A stretch of DNA of 41,211 nt from Pelomyxa schiedti (Eukaryota > Protista > Evosea): contig JAHLWZ010000195.1 of the NCBI GenBank assembly GCA_020536535.1, positions 1-41,211 on the forward strand, given 5' to 3'. Of this stretch, positions 1-12,369 are shown piece by piece. Position 1 is the stretch's first letter. The number at the start of each line of letters is the position of its first letter. A model generated the notes under the pieces. That model searched no databases, was not told where the DNA came from, and saw only the letters and a program-made list of their open reading frames with translations. A program made the position numbers and the translations under genes.

Positions 1-329
1 AACAAACACGCAACACAACGCGATTTTTTGTCTACTTGTAGCACTTTGGGGGCCTGCGACCACCAGCCTGAAAAGCGACTGCTCCCTGCATTTGCATCTC
101 CAACTCTCTTCTCAAACACTCGAAAAAATCTCTCACGCACGACGACGATCTCTACCGACCGCGGCTCCTTGCTTGGTTTTTTTATTTGTTTTGCCTTCGC
201 AGATCTCGCACTCTTTTTAAACGTCAGGCACTCACACAACTGCGCAGTTGACAAAAAGAAAAGAAATAGAAAGATAGCCACAAAGCATACAACTTGGGTT
301 CCTGGATTGTTTTGGATCCCATGTGGATT

Positions 330-3300
330 TCAGGGAAGCAGAGGTGGTGGGGGAATGGAATCACCAAGATGGTGAGGGGGTGATTCTGTTGTGGGTAGTG
401 GAATCGGGATTGGAATCGACAATGGGATGGTTGTTGGGAGTGTGAGAGTTGGGGGAGTAATGTAGGGAAGAACCGGTGGTTTGATTGTGGTGAGGACCGG
501 CTGTGTTGTGGAAGTGCCGGGAGGTTCCGGCTTGGAGGAAGGAGGGCCCGGCGGTGGTTCTATGGGTGTTGTGGATTCTGAGTGTGGAGTGTTGCGGGAA
601 ACGAGGGCTGGGAGTGGTATGAAGTCGGTGAAAAAGTGTCCGGCAACGGGCGTAGAGGAGGAGAGTGAATCGAGGGTTATGGTATATATCAAGGAGCGCT
701 CTTTGTTGTGAAGATGGTAGGTGCTGAGTACATCAAGTAAGGCATATATTAGTGTGGGCGATTGGAATGCCAGGGGGTTGTGTTCGTGCAACCTATAAAG
801 CATAAGTATGAACTCCGTCGTGCAAAGGAGTACTTTATAAGTGTCTTTATTGAGGGGTCGTGAAGAAGTGCTACAGGGTTGATTAAACTTATGGCTGCCT
901 CTATAATGTCATCTCTTTCATCGCCGAATTTGAGTCCTCCCAGTGAAGAAATATAAGGATACATCAACTTTTGGCCTTCCAAGTTTTGGGAGGTATCAGC
1001 TGTCTGGTGCTGCTGATCTTGGTTTAGGGGAGGTGGCATATGGCTTGCCCAACTGCCCTCGAAATGAACGAGAGGGACTTGTAGTAGCTTGCAATTGTGA
1101 ATATCAGATGGAATGCACACAGCAGTTGTGTGCGATTGCGGGGAAGGTGTCCACCCATGGCGGATTAATTGCTCATGGGAACTGTCAACTTGGGATAGCA
1201 GTCCCAGTACAACAAAACACATTCTAGTTTTAGCATTTATATCAGGGTGATAACCAAGTAGAATTGACTACTACCCTCGCAATGTAAGATCTGTGCAATT
1301 TTCTGTAATGTCAACAATTACAGGAAGTGCTCCCATTTCTGTGAAGTAAGTAAATCCAAGCTTTGTGGATCCGACTTGACCCTTACAAGATATTAAAATC
1401 CCACGATCATTTCATTCGTACCATTGCCATTACAGCTGCTCTTCTCTGAATGCAACTTAAAGAAGAGTCTGTGATAATCCTCAGAAACTGCTCGAAATGT
1501 CCGCTTCTCTTAATCAAATCCAGTCCTACTTCAGTTTTGGATAACTCTCCATACAAGTGTGGAGGAAGGGTAACAACATCTGAAGCACTAACAGGATTAA
1601 AAATCAATAACGGGCACTCACAATTGAATGTTATACAGATCGGCTCCTGCTTTTAGATTTCGTTGCCAAACTGTTGGATCCAACTTCTCCCACATAAAAC
1701 TTTCAAGGGAATACACGTATTCAACATTGCGTTTCTCAAGCCAAATTTGCATTTCTTTCTGTAGATACGACTTGTCAATTTTGTTGAGGCCGCTTTTGCT
1801 TCCAAGAAACCTAAGGAAGTGTTAAGTCTAACTCCGGGTGATGGACCTACCTCAAAAATAAATCTTCTCCCTTTCTATCAAGCAGAGTGAGCATGATAGG
1901 ATCAGAAACTCTTAGAATTGCTTGTTCTAGACAGGCAGAATCGCTACATGCATCATCTAATATTGACAATGCAGCTCGCACAACCCGCTTATAAGGGTCC
2001 TTATCTTTCATCTTGCTTTGCGTTAGGAAACATTGGGTTGTGATTCATACAGCCAGGTCAATCAATGTTCTGATTCCCCATATATGAAAGTTGTCCAAGC
2101 CCTTGTGAAGAAGAAGCTGTAGGTGTTGGGTTGCTCTATACCTAATCTAATTTCCAGAGTTAGAAAGATCGATTCAAATGTTAAGTGACGCACAGTTATT
2201 GGAACTGTCGGATACAACATACACAAAAGAATATCCTTGGAAATTTTCCTTTCACACTTAGTTTTCAAAGGGAAAAAAATGTGCTGTACCGATTGAAATC
2301 TAGACATTGTAAAATAGATTTGCTTAGATCTTCCCTTCCCGATGAAATTGTGCGCATGTACAAATCGTAAATGAGGTGTTTCTTCAAAAGCTTGTTTCCG
2401 TCCTTCGTTTCAGTAAGGCCACCTTGAGGAATAAGTGAAGTAAAGTAAATAAATTGACTGCACCAAGAATATTGAAGTAATCTCTGCTCATAGTTTTCAG
2501 CTGATTATCAGAGGAAAATATTCTGGAACTCGGGTCGCAGGTTTTCTAGGTAACTCAGGTAAAGTACTGACAGTAAAACTACCGTACAGTAGTGATTTTG
2601 TGCTCTATGGAACTTCCCACATTCGCTAAAGTATTTGCACGAGAACGACCACCTGCAGTGCTCGCGCTACTTGGCTGAGCGGATCCCGCGGTGGTTCCAC
2701 CTGTCCCTGCTGAAACGGCATTATTTTCATCAAGCTCCGATTTGAGGCAATCAGCAATTTGAGAAACAAGTTCCGAAAGAAGATCGCCTGCGCTGGTTTT
2801 AACGAGATTCCGTAGGAGTTGTTTTCCTGCTCTTGTGTATCGCTAAACAGCATCAATTCACATCTTATGTGAAAGCCTACCTCATTCGTGCTGGTAATTT
2901 TTGCTTGTGAGAATTCCTTCTCTCTTGGCTTGAAAAATGACAATAGGCGTTTATAAAACTGTGTCTTTAAAATTGTTTCTGTATGTGCTACAAAGAGTGA
3001 GGCCAGTAAAAAAAAGATGATATCTGACCAGGATTAACAAGGGGTCCTTCCAATACTTCAACGATGGCATCAGAATTCCACTTGGAGTAGTCTTTGTTGG
3101 AGAGAACCTTAACTTGAAGGTAAATAAAGAAGAACGTGAATTTACTACATTTGTGGCATCAATCATCTGCAATAGGTGTTCGTCATCCATTGACCAGTCC
3201 ATTCTCGCTTTAACACCTTCAATTATTTCCAAACGGGCATCTTCTCGTTCGCTGCCATCATTTTTCTCTCCTTGTGCCGCCTTTTGTTTTTTTTTTTTTC

Positions 3301-6300
3301 TGATTGAGAATGTTTGTGGATTGTGGGATACTTACTTTCACTCTTGAGTGTGAGTGCAAATTGGTTATGACGGCAATTGCTCTTGCAGCCTGTGGCGGTA
3401 TTGGTTGGTGATCACCAACTCGGTCTAGCATTGAACCAGTATGTGGAGGAACGACCAAGGTAGCGCTATTCACAAGTGACGGTAGTTGCTTTGTATGAGT
3501 TTAGTTTTTAAAACGCATGTTAACGTAAATACTTGCAGGTCAGCACATTGTTCGGGAGATAAGATTTTGCTTGCAAGGAGTAACAGATCACCAAGAAGAG
3601 CAGTCGCTTTTGTAGTATAAGGGGGATTTGATGGAGACAGCCCGTAATTGAGAGGAGGTGTGTTGGATATAGACACAAGAACCTATTTGAAGTTATCCTC
3701 TGAGGTATGAAAATCGCAGTTTAACTTCGATTAAGCCAGATTTGATAACGGCAATCAAAAGCATTGCCCTGCATAGTGTTCAGTAAAAGGAAGAATTCAA
3801 AGATAGTACCAGTAGTTTACAAGAAGATTATGACGAGGTTTAGCCAACTTGGCAATAGAACTTGATACAGCTGAAGTTGAGGAGGGTGGTGTACTTCCCC
3901 GGTTGACGTTAGTGGGTTTAATGGGTTTAGGGGTGTGGAAAAGATCAAAGAACATGTCCAAGATGGCATCCTTTCCTCCAGTTAAACAACGGGATTGGGG
4001 ATACAGCTTACATGGAAATCTTCTTTTGGTAACTAAATTAAACATTAAATGAGACATGATAAGGATTGCCAGTACTTTTAAGGCAGAAACAATGGACTCT
4101 AGGCCAAAACTAATTTGATGAGGATACAATAGAATAAAGGGGAGGAAGTGCTTACTCAGAAGAGAATTCAATGATCCCTTGCCAAGACTGCAAAACTGGA
4201 AAGAATGGTCGGTGGGGGAAAAAAAATAGGTCAAGAAAACCTGAAAAAACAAATTGACGTGATTTGAGCAGTTGGGCCTTCCGGATATTGAGTTCTTCTG
4301 AGGGAATGCCAACTGATTTACCCGTGCGTTTGTCACGTGCCTGCTGTATGGTGTTTAATACTTACACCCTAAAACAGAGATTGTAGGGGACACCTGGGTG
4401 TTGGCGGAATCTTTTGGCTCTTGGTACTGAAGATTAACCCCCAAGTTGGATGTTAGAGGCCACAGGATCAGCTGTTTATATTCATTGAGTTTCTGCTTGG
4501 TAATATAATATGTACCTGTAAGGAAGTTTCAGGCCGGATGTACTTTCGTGTGCACTCATCATTGAGTAGGAAGAGAATAACCCTCACTAACGAGGAAAAC
4601 ATGCCTTAAACACAATTAACAAAAGTGAAGGTCGAAGGTAGTAATTACACTCGTAGGAGGGGTTCAGAGTGGCATTAAATATGGTAGTAATTCCGTTACA
4701 ATGAGCCGTCAGCTGTGGATTTTGTATTGCTAAATGAATATCAATGAATCATCAAAGAGAAAGGTCAACTAACCAAGTTCACAGAGAAGTTCTAAGCACT
4801 GATGTGCAAATACATTGTCTAGGGGAATTAATATTGGAGGAAAAGTGGCAAGATTCGTTACTTTCTTCTGGAACTTCCGTCACTGAGACGAGAGCTTGGA
4901 CAATACTCCTGTTTACAAGTTGGGGAAATAGCAAGACTCAAAAAAGGAAATAAATATGCACCTATGAACCAGAGAAGGAGAAACAGCAAGCATTGTTTGA
5001 CAGAATTTAAATGCTTCGTTGCGTTCCTCCCCTTGCTTGTCACGGGCTGAAAGGGGTCTTTCAAGAGATCTTGCACGATTTAGTACGGCACAGGTGAGAA
5101 ACAAGATACACACCGTGCTATAAAAAAAGGGATATGAGAGTTATTCAAGGCGGCAATGAAATGCGGTGTCTTGCAGAAGCCATGGAGTGCTCTCATTCCT
5201 GCTATCCTCAGAGGCCGTATACGACTTATGAGAAACTCGCGGACCCTTGGGTATTGTAAGAATTTGAGTGAGTCAGGTTAACTTACGCATCGATAAGTGC
5301 CTTGGGCTCATGGAAAATGGCTATATCTTGAACAATTTGGCTTATTTCAATCAAGTTGTTTAAAGCACAGAGTCTGTCATTTTGTGATGGCTTAGAGAGA
5401 GTGGAAACAACTTGTGCAAGGTATCCCTTCTTCTCTGGACTTAGTGTAATTACGTAGAACCTAGTACTTGGAGGATACCCCACAAAAAGCACATCTGAAC
5501 AGGGCTGAACTGATTAAAGGGAGGTCTTTTAGCCTTGAATGAAATAGCTGGGGATTCGGATTCATATAAGTCCACGATAGGTGGTGGTATGGACACCATT
5601 TTTAGAGGTTCAGGAAGTGGGACCACAGGCCCACTGGCACTTGTCACCGGGGTTTCCTGTGGCGATTGGGTTGAGCCGAGGTGAGTTGGACCAAGGCTAA
5701 GCCCATATTCAAGCCATTTTAGAAGGAGGGGTGAAGTTGGTGCAGGAAGAGGCGGTAAAGGAGGGAGTGGGGGTGGAGGGGGCATTCCAAAAGTTGGACC
5801 AAGTGAAAGTGGTGGAGGGATGGCGGCATTGAAATGTGATGGTGATGTTTGAAGAACGCTGAGTACAGAAGAGTGAGAGGTGGCCGCAGTACTGTTTTGT
5901 GCAGGTGCAGCCACTGGAATAGCGAGAGGAGGTAGTACAGGTGGTGATGTAATTCTCGGAGGTGCTTGCACAGGAGGAATATTCACAGTTGGTGTGATAG
6001 ATTGTAGTGGTGGAGATGTTGGGGGTGGTGTCATAGCTGGTGTTGGCGGTGTTACAATCACACCAGGTGTAGGCAGAGAAAATGTTGGAACAGCAATAAA
6101 ACTGCTGTGTGACCCAACAGAGGTAATCCTCGGAGACTGAGGCACAGATGGAGAAGGGATCAGAGAGAATCCTGGAGAGTCAATGACACCAGACACCTTT
6201 ACCATAGTAGGAGCCTGCGTAAGAAGCTCCCCAGTTGGGGATCCCGTCTTTTTCCCCTCAGGACTTTTGGATTTAGGCACATTAGAAATAGACCTCCAAA

Positions 6301-6885
6301 TCGACAATGGTGGGAGCGGAGGCAGCACCGCTGCACAAAATAAGTAATGGGATATGCACACTACACAAAACCCAAGTACAGTCACAAAACGGAGAGGGAT
6401 TATAAAGATAAGGGCAGAGGGGGGGCCATACGTGGTAAATTTGGGACACCGCGGCAGGAGGGGAAGGGCAGGCCGGGCGGGGTGGTGGGGTGCACGACGT
6501 CGGCCAGCGACGCGCACTCGCGGTCCCTGATGGCGGCGGACCACGACGCGAACTCGGCGGCTGCGGCCTGGAGCTGCAGCTGGTGTTGCTTGCTGTGGGG
6601 CTGTTGCATCTGTTGGTGGTACTGCAGCTGCTGCTGTGTGTGCAGTATCATCGTAGCCCCCCGAACACGCCCAACATAAGACGACGACTGTTGACTTGCA
6701 CCACTCGGCTGTTGTGGTGGTTGTTGGGCAGCGGTCGCAGTAGTGGGTGTTGCAGTCATTGCCTGTTGCTGAGGGGATGAGCCAGTGGTCGTGGTTGGTG
6801 TGTCGTAGAATGAAGGAGGTGGCGGCACAGACACCACACTTCCTGACGATGTACCAGTCGTAGACGCTACGGAGACCACCGACAT
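330..6885 (-). CDS. RICTOR: Rictor/AVO3/Pianissimo (TORC2 subunit), multi-exon, with long Pro/Gln-rich N-terminal extension
   Basis: Manual GT-AG splicing gives Rictor-type blocks: LRIAGMRALHGF, RSLERPLSARDKQGEERNEAFKFCQ, LQSWQGIIEF, HNLLVNY, KDYSKWNSDAIVEVLEGPL, MSRDYFNILG, REDLSKSILQCLDF, IRYRATQHL, WGIRTLI, PPHLYGEL, LLDVLSTYHL. Stop at 330-332. The start is uncertain: ATG at 6885, but the frame stays open and coding-like upstream to about 6990, so another exon is possible. Confidence 0.88.
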
Positions 6886-7017
6886 TCGACGCGCTCTTCT
6901 GAGAAATGTTTCTATTTGCAACCCTGCCGCTTTCAAGCTGGCAACACCTTTGGCAAAATCCTCCTTGCTACAGCTGAAGCTCCATAGTACTATCCCTAGG
7001 AGGGAAAAAACTGCGTT

Positions 7018-7794
7018 ATGAGAAGGAGCACACCATCACAATCATCCACACCGGCGCCACCATCGGCTTGTAGCCACGATGGGGATAGTGAAGGCTTACA
7101 GACACCATTTATGCCACCCCCTTTTTTCTGTTTGTCTGCGCCCCGCCCACACGACAAGCAGCACTCCCCCACAGGTTGTGGGGACCGGTCGGCGTCAATT
7201 TGTCGGCCAGTTGACACCGACCACGTACTATGTCGCTCTTCGTCACGTGACCCTGTTCCTGCGACTGTCACACCCCTTCGTGCACCACCGTCGTGTCCCT
7301 CTCCATCTCCATCCCCTTCCCCTTTGTTTGTCACCCCTCTTCGTCCCCCTCATCACGGCCGAAGTCACACCTGCACTCTGCCACCCCCAACCCATGAATC
7401 AGTTCATTCTTGCTTCTGTGATGCCTCACAGTTGTGCTGCAGTGATGTGCGGGTGCCAACACCTGGACTGGGACAATCCACATTAGGACTGTCAACTAGC
7501 ATTGGTGGAATGGCAGAATCACCCACCGCATCTTCCTGGATTCTCACTCAAAGGGTGGCTGAAGCCGAGACCCGGCTAATGGCACTGGATCTTCTATCTG
7601 CCCAACTTTTACAGAGGCTCTCAGTGTGTGAAGCAATACAACAGCACAACGCAGCAGTTGGCCATGCAGCCTCCTCAGCGGTTCTAGCACCCAATTCAAA
7701 ATGTAATGTTGACCTTCCTTGTGTATCTATTACATTGCAACTGCTCACAGTTATCCTTCTCTGCACTATTTGTTACTTGTCTATGAACAACTAG
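7018..7794 (+). CDS. Pro/Ser-rich ORF with a coiled-coil-like segment; probably 5' exon(s) of the downstream PAK-like gene
   Basis: 258-aa open frame. From ATG 7510 it reads MAESPTASSWILTQRVAEAETRLMALDLLSAQLLQRL, with a GT donor near 7763. I could not resolve the splice path to 8082. Confidence 0.35.
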   Translation: MRRSTPSQSSTPAPPSACSHDGDSEGLQTPFMPPPFFCLSAPRPHDKQHSPTGCGDRSASICRPVDTDHVLCRSSSRDPVPATVTPLRAPPSCPSPSPSPSPLFVTPLRPPHHGRSHTCTLPPPTHESVHSCFCDASQLCCSDVRVPTPGLGQSTLGLSTSIGGMAESPTASSWILTQRVAEAETRLMALDLLSAQLLQRLSVCEAIQQHNAAVGHAASSAVLAPNSKCNVDLPCVSITLQLLTVILLCTICYLSMNN

Positions 7795-8081
7795 CTTCCA
7801 GCAACCAAGCCTCCATTCAACAAAGGATTGTAAAGTCTGAAAGAGTTTTTTCCGAAACTTGTTTTTTTTCTATTGCAAGGGTGCGTTGCGTCCAGTAGCC
7901 TTCTCGGTGTTGACCGATGGTGATCTTTTTTCCATTTTTTTCACAACCGCTGCCTCGTGCGGTCCACTGAATGTTGGTTTTTTTTTTTTGGCTGCTGCCT
8001 TTAGCAGGACACATGGAGGAGTCATCGTTTTTGCTTTGCTGTGAGTTTACTCCTTCACACCCATGACTTTACATGCAATAG

Positions 8082-9539
8082 GATTTACCCCCTGAAATGC
8101 AAGCTCTGCTCATTGCGTCCCTTCCCAGGGACGAGCAACGGAACTATCAGGAGGAAGTATTTTCCAGTTCCATTCAGATTTTATTCAAAACATCATAGAT
8201 TTTGGATGTACTGTGGTTTTATATGATGACTACATGCCCACCAATACAGACAGAAACGTTGTTTACTCTTCACGTACCTTCTTTTTGTGAGCCAATTTCG
8301 CACTATTTATCGCACTTATGTACACAGTGAATGACATACAAGTGGGGGATCCTGAAAAATACTTCGAAAATGTGAAGAAACGAAGATTGTTCCAGAGAGG
8401 AACAGCTTTCACTGCTGATTGTGTAATAACCAAAGCGAAAGTCACGGTAAAAACATTGCAGATTTCGTGTGGCACCGTGGAACAGATAGGTGAAGTTATG
8501 GCTCAGAAGAAATATACACATCCTAATTTCGTATATTTTCTCCTATTGTCAAAACACCCTAATGACAACAAGGTAGCTTACATTGATTCCTTTCGTACTA
8601 AGGAGGAAATATGGGTCATTACTGAATACATCAGTGGTGGCACTCTTGCGGACTTGATTGATGGGTATGAGCTGTTTCCCCTTGACGAAAATCACATGGC
8701 TTATATTTGCCGGGAGGTAGACACTGGCACTGCTTTTCTTTTATTTTTTTGTTTACCAATAGAACAATAGATAGTTCATGCTCTTGTCTTCCTTCAGCAC
8801 ATGAGGGCTGTTCATCTGTAGTTTTCTTTTCATTATTCCCATCTCACTCCACTCTAGAGCGATCAACTCCGACAATATTTTTCTTACCCCAGATGGTGCC
8901 ATCAAGATCGGTAAGACATTTTGCTTTTTTTCCCTCTGACATGTATTGTTAGGTGACTTTGGCACTGTCCAGAAACTGTTGGGAAGGCCTAGATGCTTTC
9001 GGCCATGTGTCATTGGGACAGTATTTCTCCTGTAGAGTATTTTTGTGCTAAAAGAATGTCAGCCCTATTGGACTGCACCCGAAGTTATCAGAGGACAAGA
9101 ACAAAACGGTGTTGCCGACGTCTGGAGTTTAGGTTCAAACACAACACGAAAAATCATTCACCAAAATCTTCCAGGAATATTATGTATGGAAATGGCTGCT
9201 GGCGAGCCACCATACATGGTATTTCGAGCTTGACATCCATCCCCTTACATTTATTAGGACTACCCACCAGTTCGAGCACTGCTGTCGATATGCACCCAGG
9301 GTGCTCCCGCACTCAGGAGCGCATCAAAGTGGTCTCCTCTGTTTGTAGAGTTTGTGGCGTTGTGCTTGCACCCAAATTCCCATGCTAGACCAACAGCCTC
9401 TGGTTTACTCACTGTGTGTTTTTTCACCATTAATCTCTTCCCTAACAGCCCCACACAGCACCCTTTTCTGCACAGGGCCTGTGAGTCACACCACTTAGCT
9501 TCTCTCATGCAGATAATACATAAGGCAGCACTGGGTTGA
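8082..9539 (+). CDS. PAK/STE20-family kinase-like protein (predicted pseudokinase) with PAK autoinhibitory segment
   Basis: Spliced peptides: [25 protein letters not shown]|ILDVLWFY (PAK inhibitory switch), DPEKYF..., VTVK, HPNF|[22 protein letters not shown]|[16 protein letters not shown]|[32 protein letters not shown]. Stop TGA 9537-9539. The 5' end is unresolved. Confidence 0.85.
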
Positions 9540-9707
9540 GACACATCCCAGAATGCCTTCTGTGTAAACAATAGTTGAGCGCCAACGTAGGCACCACGTT
9601 AGGAAAATGTTCAGAAATCTCTACACTTGTATCGGTTTCAAAGAAATAATCAAAACATAAAATTTAAAAAAAACCAAAAAACAAGCATCGCGTAGGAGTT
9701 GTGCACG

Positions 9708-10426
<719 letters not shown>

Positions 10427-10679
10427 GCTGCCTTATAGCTACTACATCTATCTTTATTGTACAAAAAAAAAAAAATTGCGTCCCATAATGCCCTGCGGGC
10501 GCCTGACAGCTGTTAAATATGCGTACGGTTTTTTTGGTGTCTTTGTTGTTATTTCGATGATCGAGAAGAAATACCTCCGATGACCTAAATATGATTGCAG
10601 AGGTTGGCCCCTCTCTGATTATTTTTTACTCTTTGATGCCTTCTTAGAACTATCCATCACAAGACAACAACAAAGAAAG

Positions 10680-12298
10680 ATGCAACAAATGGCGGCAATG
10701 CAGATGATACCGGGGCAACAACCACCACCGCAGGCCATGCACGCTGCTATGTTGTCTCAGGGCGGTGTCATGCCTATTTGTAGCAGAAGTCTTTACGTCG
10801 GTACGACTGTTTTTTTCGCTTTATGATGATACTTGTTGGTAATAAAATATAACGGGTGCGCCCACTAAGGAGGACTCAGTCACAAGATCACCGAAGACCT
10901 ACTGTATGAGGTTCTTTTTATCAAGAAATCCAGCACAACATCTGCCAACTCAAACTTCTGACCAGATATTTGCTACCATTGGGCCCATTGAAACGTGCAA
11001 AGTTATTAAAGACAAGTTAACTGGTCAAAGTGCTGGATACGGTTTCGTTGATTACTTTGACCCGCAAAGCGCCGCTCTTGCCATGCAGGTGCTTAACTGC
11101 AGGGTTATATACGGAGAGGAAATTAAAGTGAACTGGCACGTTAACCAACCTGATATTTTCAAGAACTAAGTAAAACCCAGGACTTATGCTGGAGGACAAC
11201 GAGAAGACACCTCGACCCATTTCAAACTTTTTGTGGGTGGTTTAGCATCCGATATTGACGATCAAGTTGGCATACTTATTTTTGTTCAACTAATGTTTTC
11301 TTAGGGGTTGTACAACACGTTTATCAAGTTTGGTTCCCTAAGCGATGCGCGGATTATGTGGGACCAGGTAACCATCTCCCCATTGGCCCTTGATAACATT
11401 AGCAGTCCTCAGGGCGATCGCGCGGCTATGGATTTGTGGCTTACCGGAAGCGTGAAGATGCTGAGCAAGCACTTGCAACAATGAATGGAGAACGCCTTGG
11501 TTCGAGGCAAGTCAGGGTTAACTGGGCAAATCAACGGGCAAGCAATCTTCTCTCCTATTGCATCTGATACCTTTTTTAGGCAAACCTTGAGGGAGCATCT
11601 GATCTGGAATCAATACTAAACCAAGCCCATCCATCTAATACAACAGTTTACGTGGGAAATGTGTCAGCAGAGTCAAGTGAGCAGGTTTTGCGCACTCACT
11701 TCAGGTTTTTAAGTAATAAATGTTTTAAAAAGATATGAAAGTGTAAGTGTCTTTTCTTTTCAAACTCTATTTGCAATATCAACTGTTCTTACATTCACTT
11801 GATTCCAGCGAATTTGGCTCAATAGAAGAAATTCGGATGCAGAAGGATAAGGGCTTTGCTTTTGTACGATTCCAGGTTTGCAGTCATCCTCTGTTTCCAA
11901 CAATTAATTCTCTACAGTCTCACGACATGGCTGCTAGATCTATTGTTGGTATGCATGGACGCTATATTGGCTCCAAGCCAATCAAATGTAGCTGGGGAAA
12001 GGAGGCAACTGCCACCACAACCACACCGGCAACAACAACGACAACTCAGTCTGCACAACCACCACCTCCAACTGGAACCCCCTCACCTTCCACAAGCACT
12101 GGTGCAACTGCACTGCCACCAGGCACTGGTATGTTTCCTAACCCATACGCCATGTATGGTTACATGATGCCTGGTATGCCCATGATGCAATTCAATCCCT
12201 ACGCAGCCTATGGGATGCCCTATGGTGCATATCCCCTGCCCCCCCCCAACATGCAGCCACCCCCACAAATGCCCTCACAACAACCAAACAAGTCCTGA
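10680..12298 (+). CDS. TIA-1/TIAR/Pub1/UBP1-like RNA-binding protein: 3 RRMs plus Q/P/M/Y-rich C-terminal tail
   Basis: RRM1 SLYVGGL...GYGFVDY...IKVNW; RRM2 FKLFVGGL...RGYGFVAY...VRVNWA; RRM3 TTVYVGNV...KGFAFVRF...IKCSWGK; tail PNPYAMYGYMMPGMPMMQFNPYAAYGMPY. Two introns require GC donors. Confidence 0.9.
11136..11180 (+). other. GC-AG intron (45 nt) in the TIA-1-like gene
   Basis: TG|GCACGT...CCAG|G restores W-T-Y-A-G-G-Q-R-E-D-T-S-T-H-F. The nearby GT at 11140 gives the wrong frame, and the unspliced frame stops at 11167-11169. Confidence 0.8.
11538..11579 (+). other. GC-AG intron (42 nt) in the TIA-1-like gene
   Basis: CGG|GCAAGC...TTTAG|GCA AAC; the segment has an in-frame TGA and contains no GT dinucleotide. 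Confidence 0.8.
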
Positions 12299-12369
12299 TT
12301 TTTCTGAACTTCATTTCGTTCACAAAAAATCACACCATTTGCAAAAGATCAACGCATTGAGAGGGGGGA

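Noticed and set aside
1-329. ORF 28-375 and possible short exons on either strand (minus MQMQGAVAFQAGGRRPPKCYK|; plus HFGGLRPPA*)
   Set aside because: No recognisable domain and the strand cannot be decided without flanking sequence.
481-711. Plus-strand Gly/Val-rich ORFs opposite Rictor (also 5880-6140, 6347-6679, 6490-6780)
   Set aside because: Antisense shadows of Pro/Thr/Gln-rich coding sequence.
10555-10620. C/D snoRNA-like arrangement (ATGATCGA...CTGA) between ARF6 and the TIA-1-like gene
   Set aside because: Box C is imperfect, there is no terminal stem, and the would-be guide folds on itself; an Infernal/snoscan hit would be needed.
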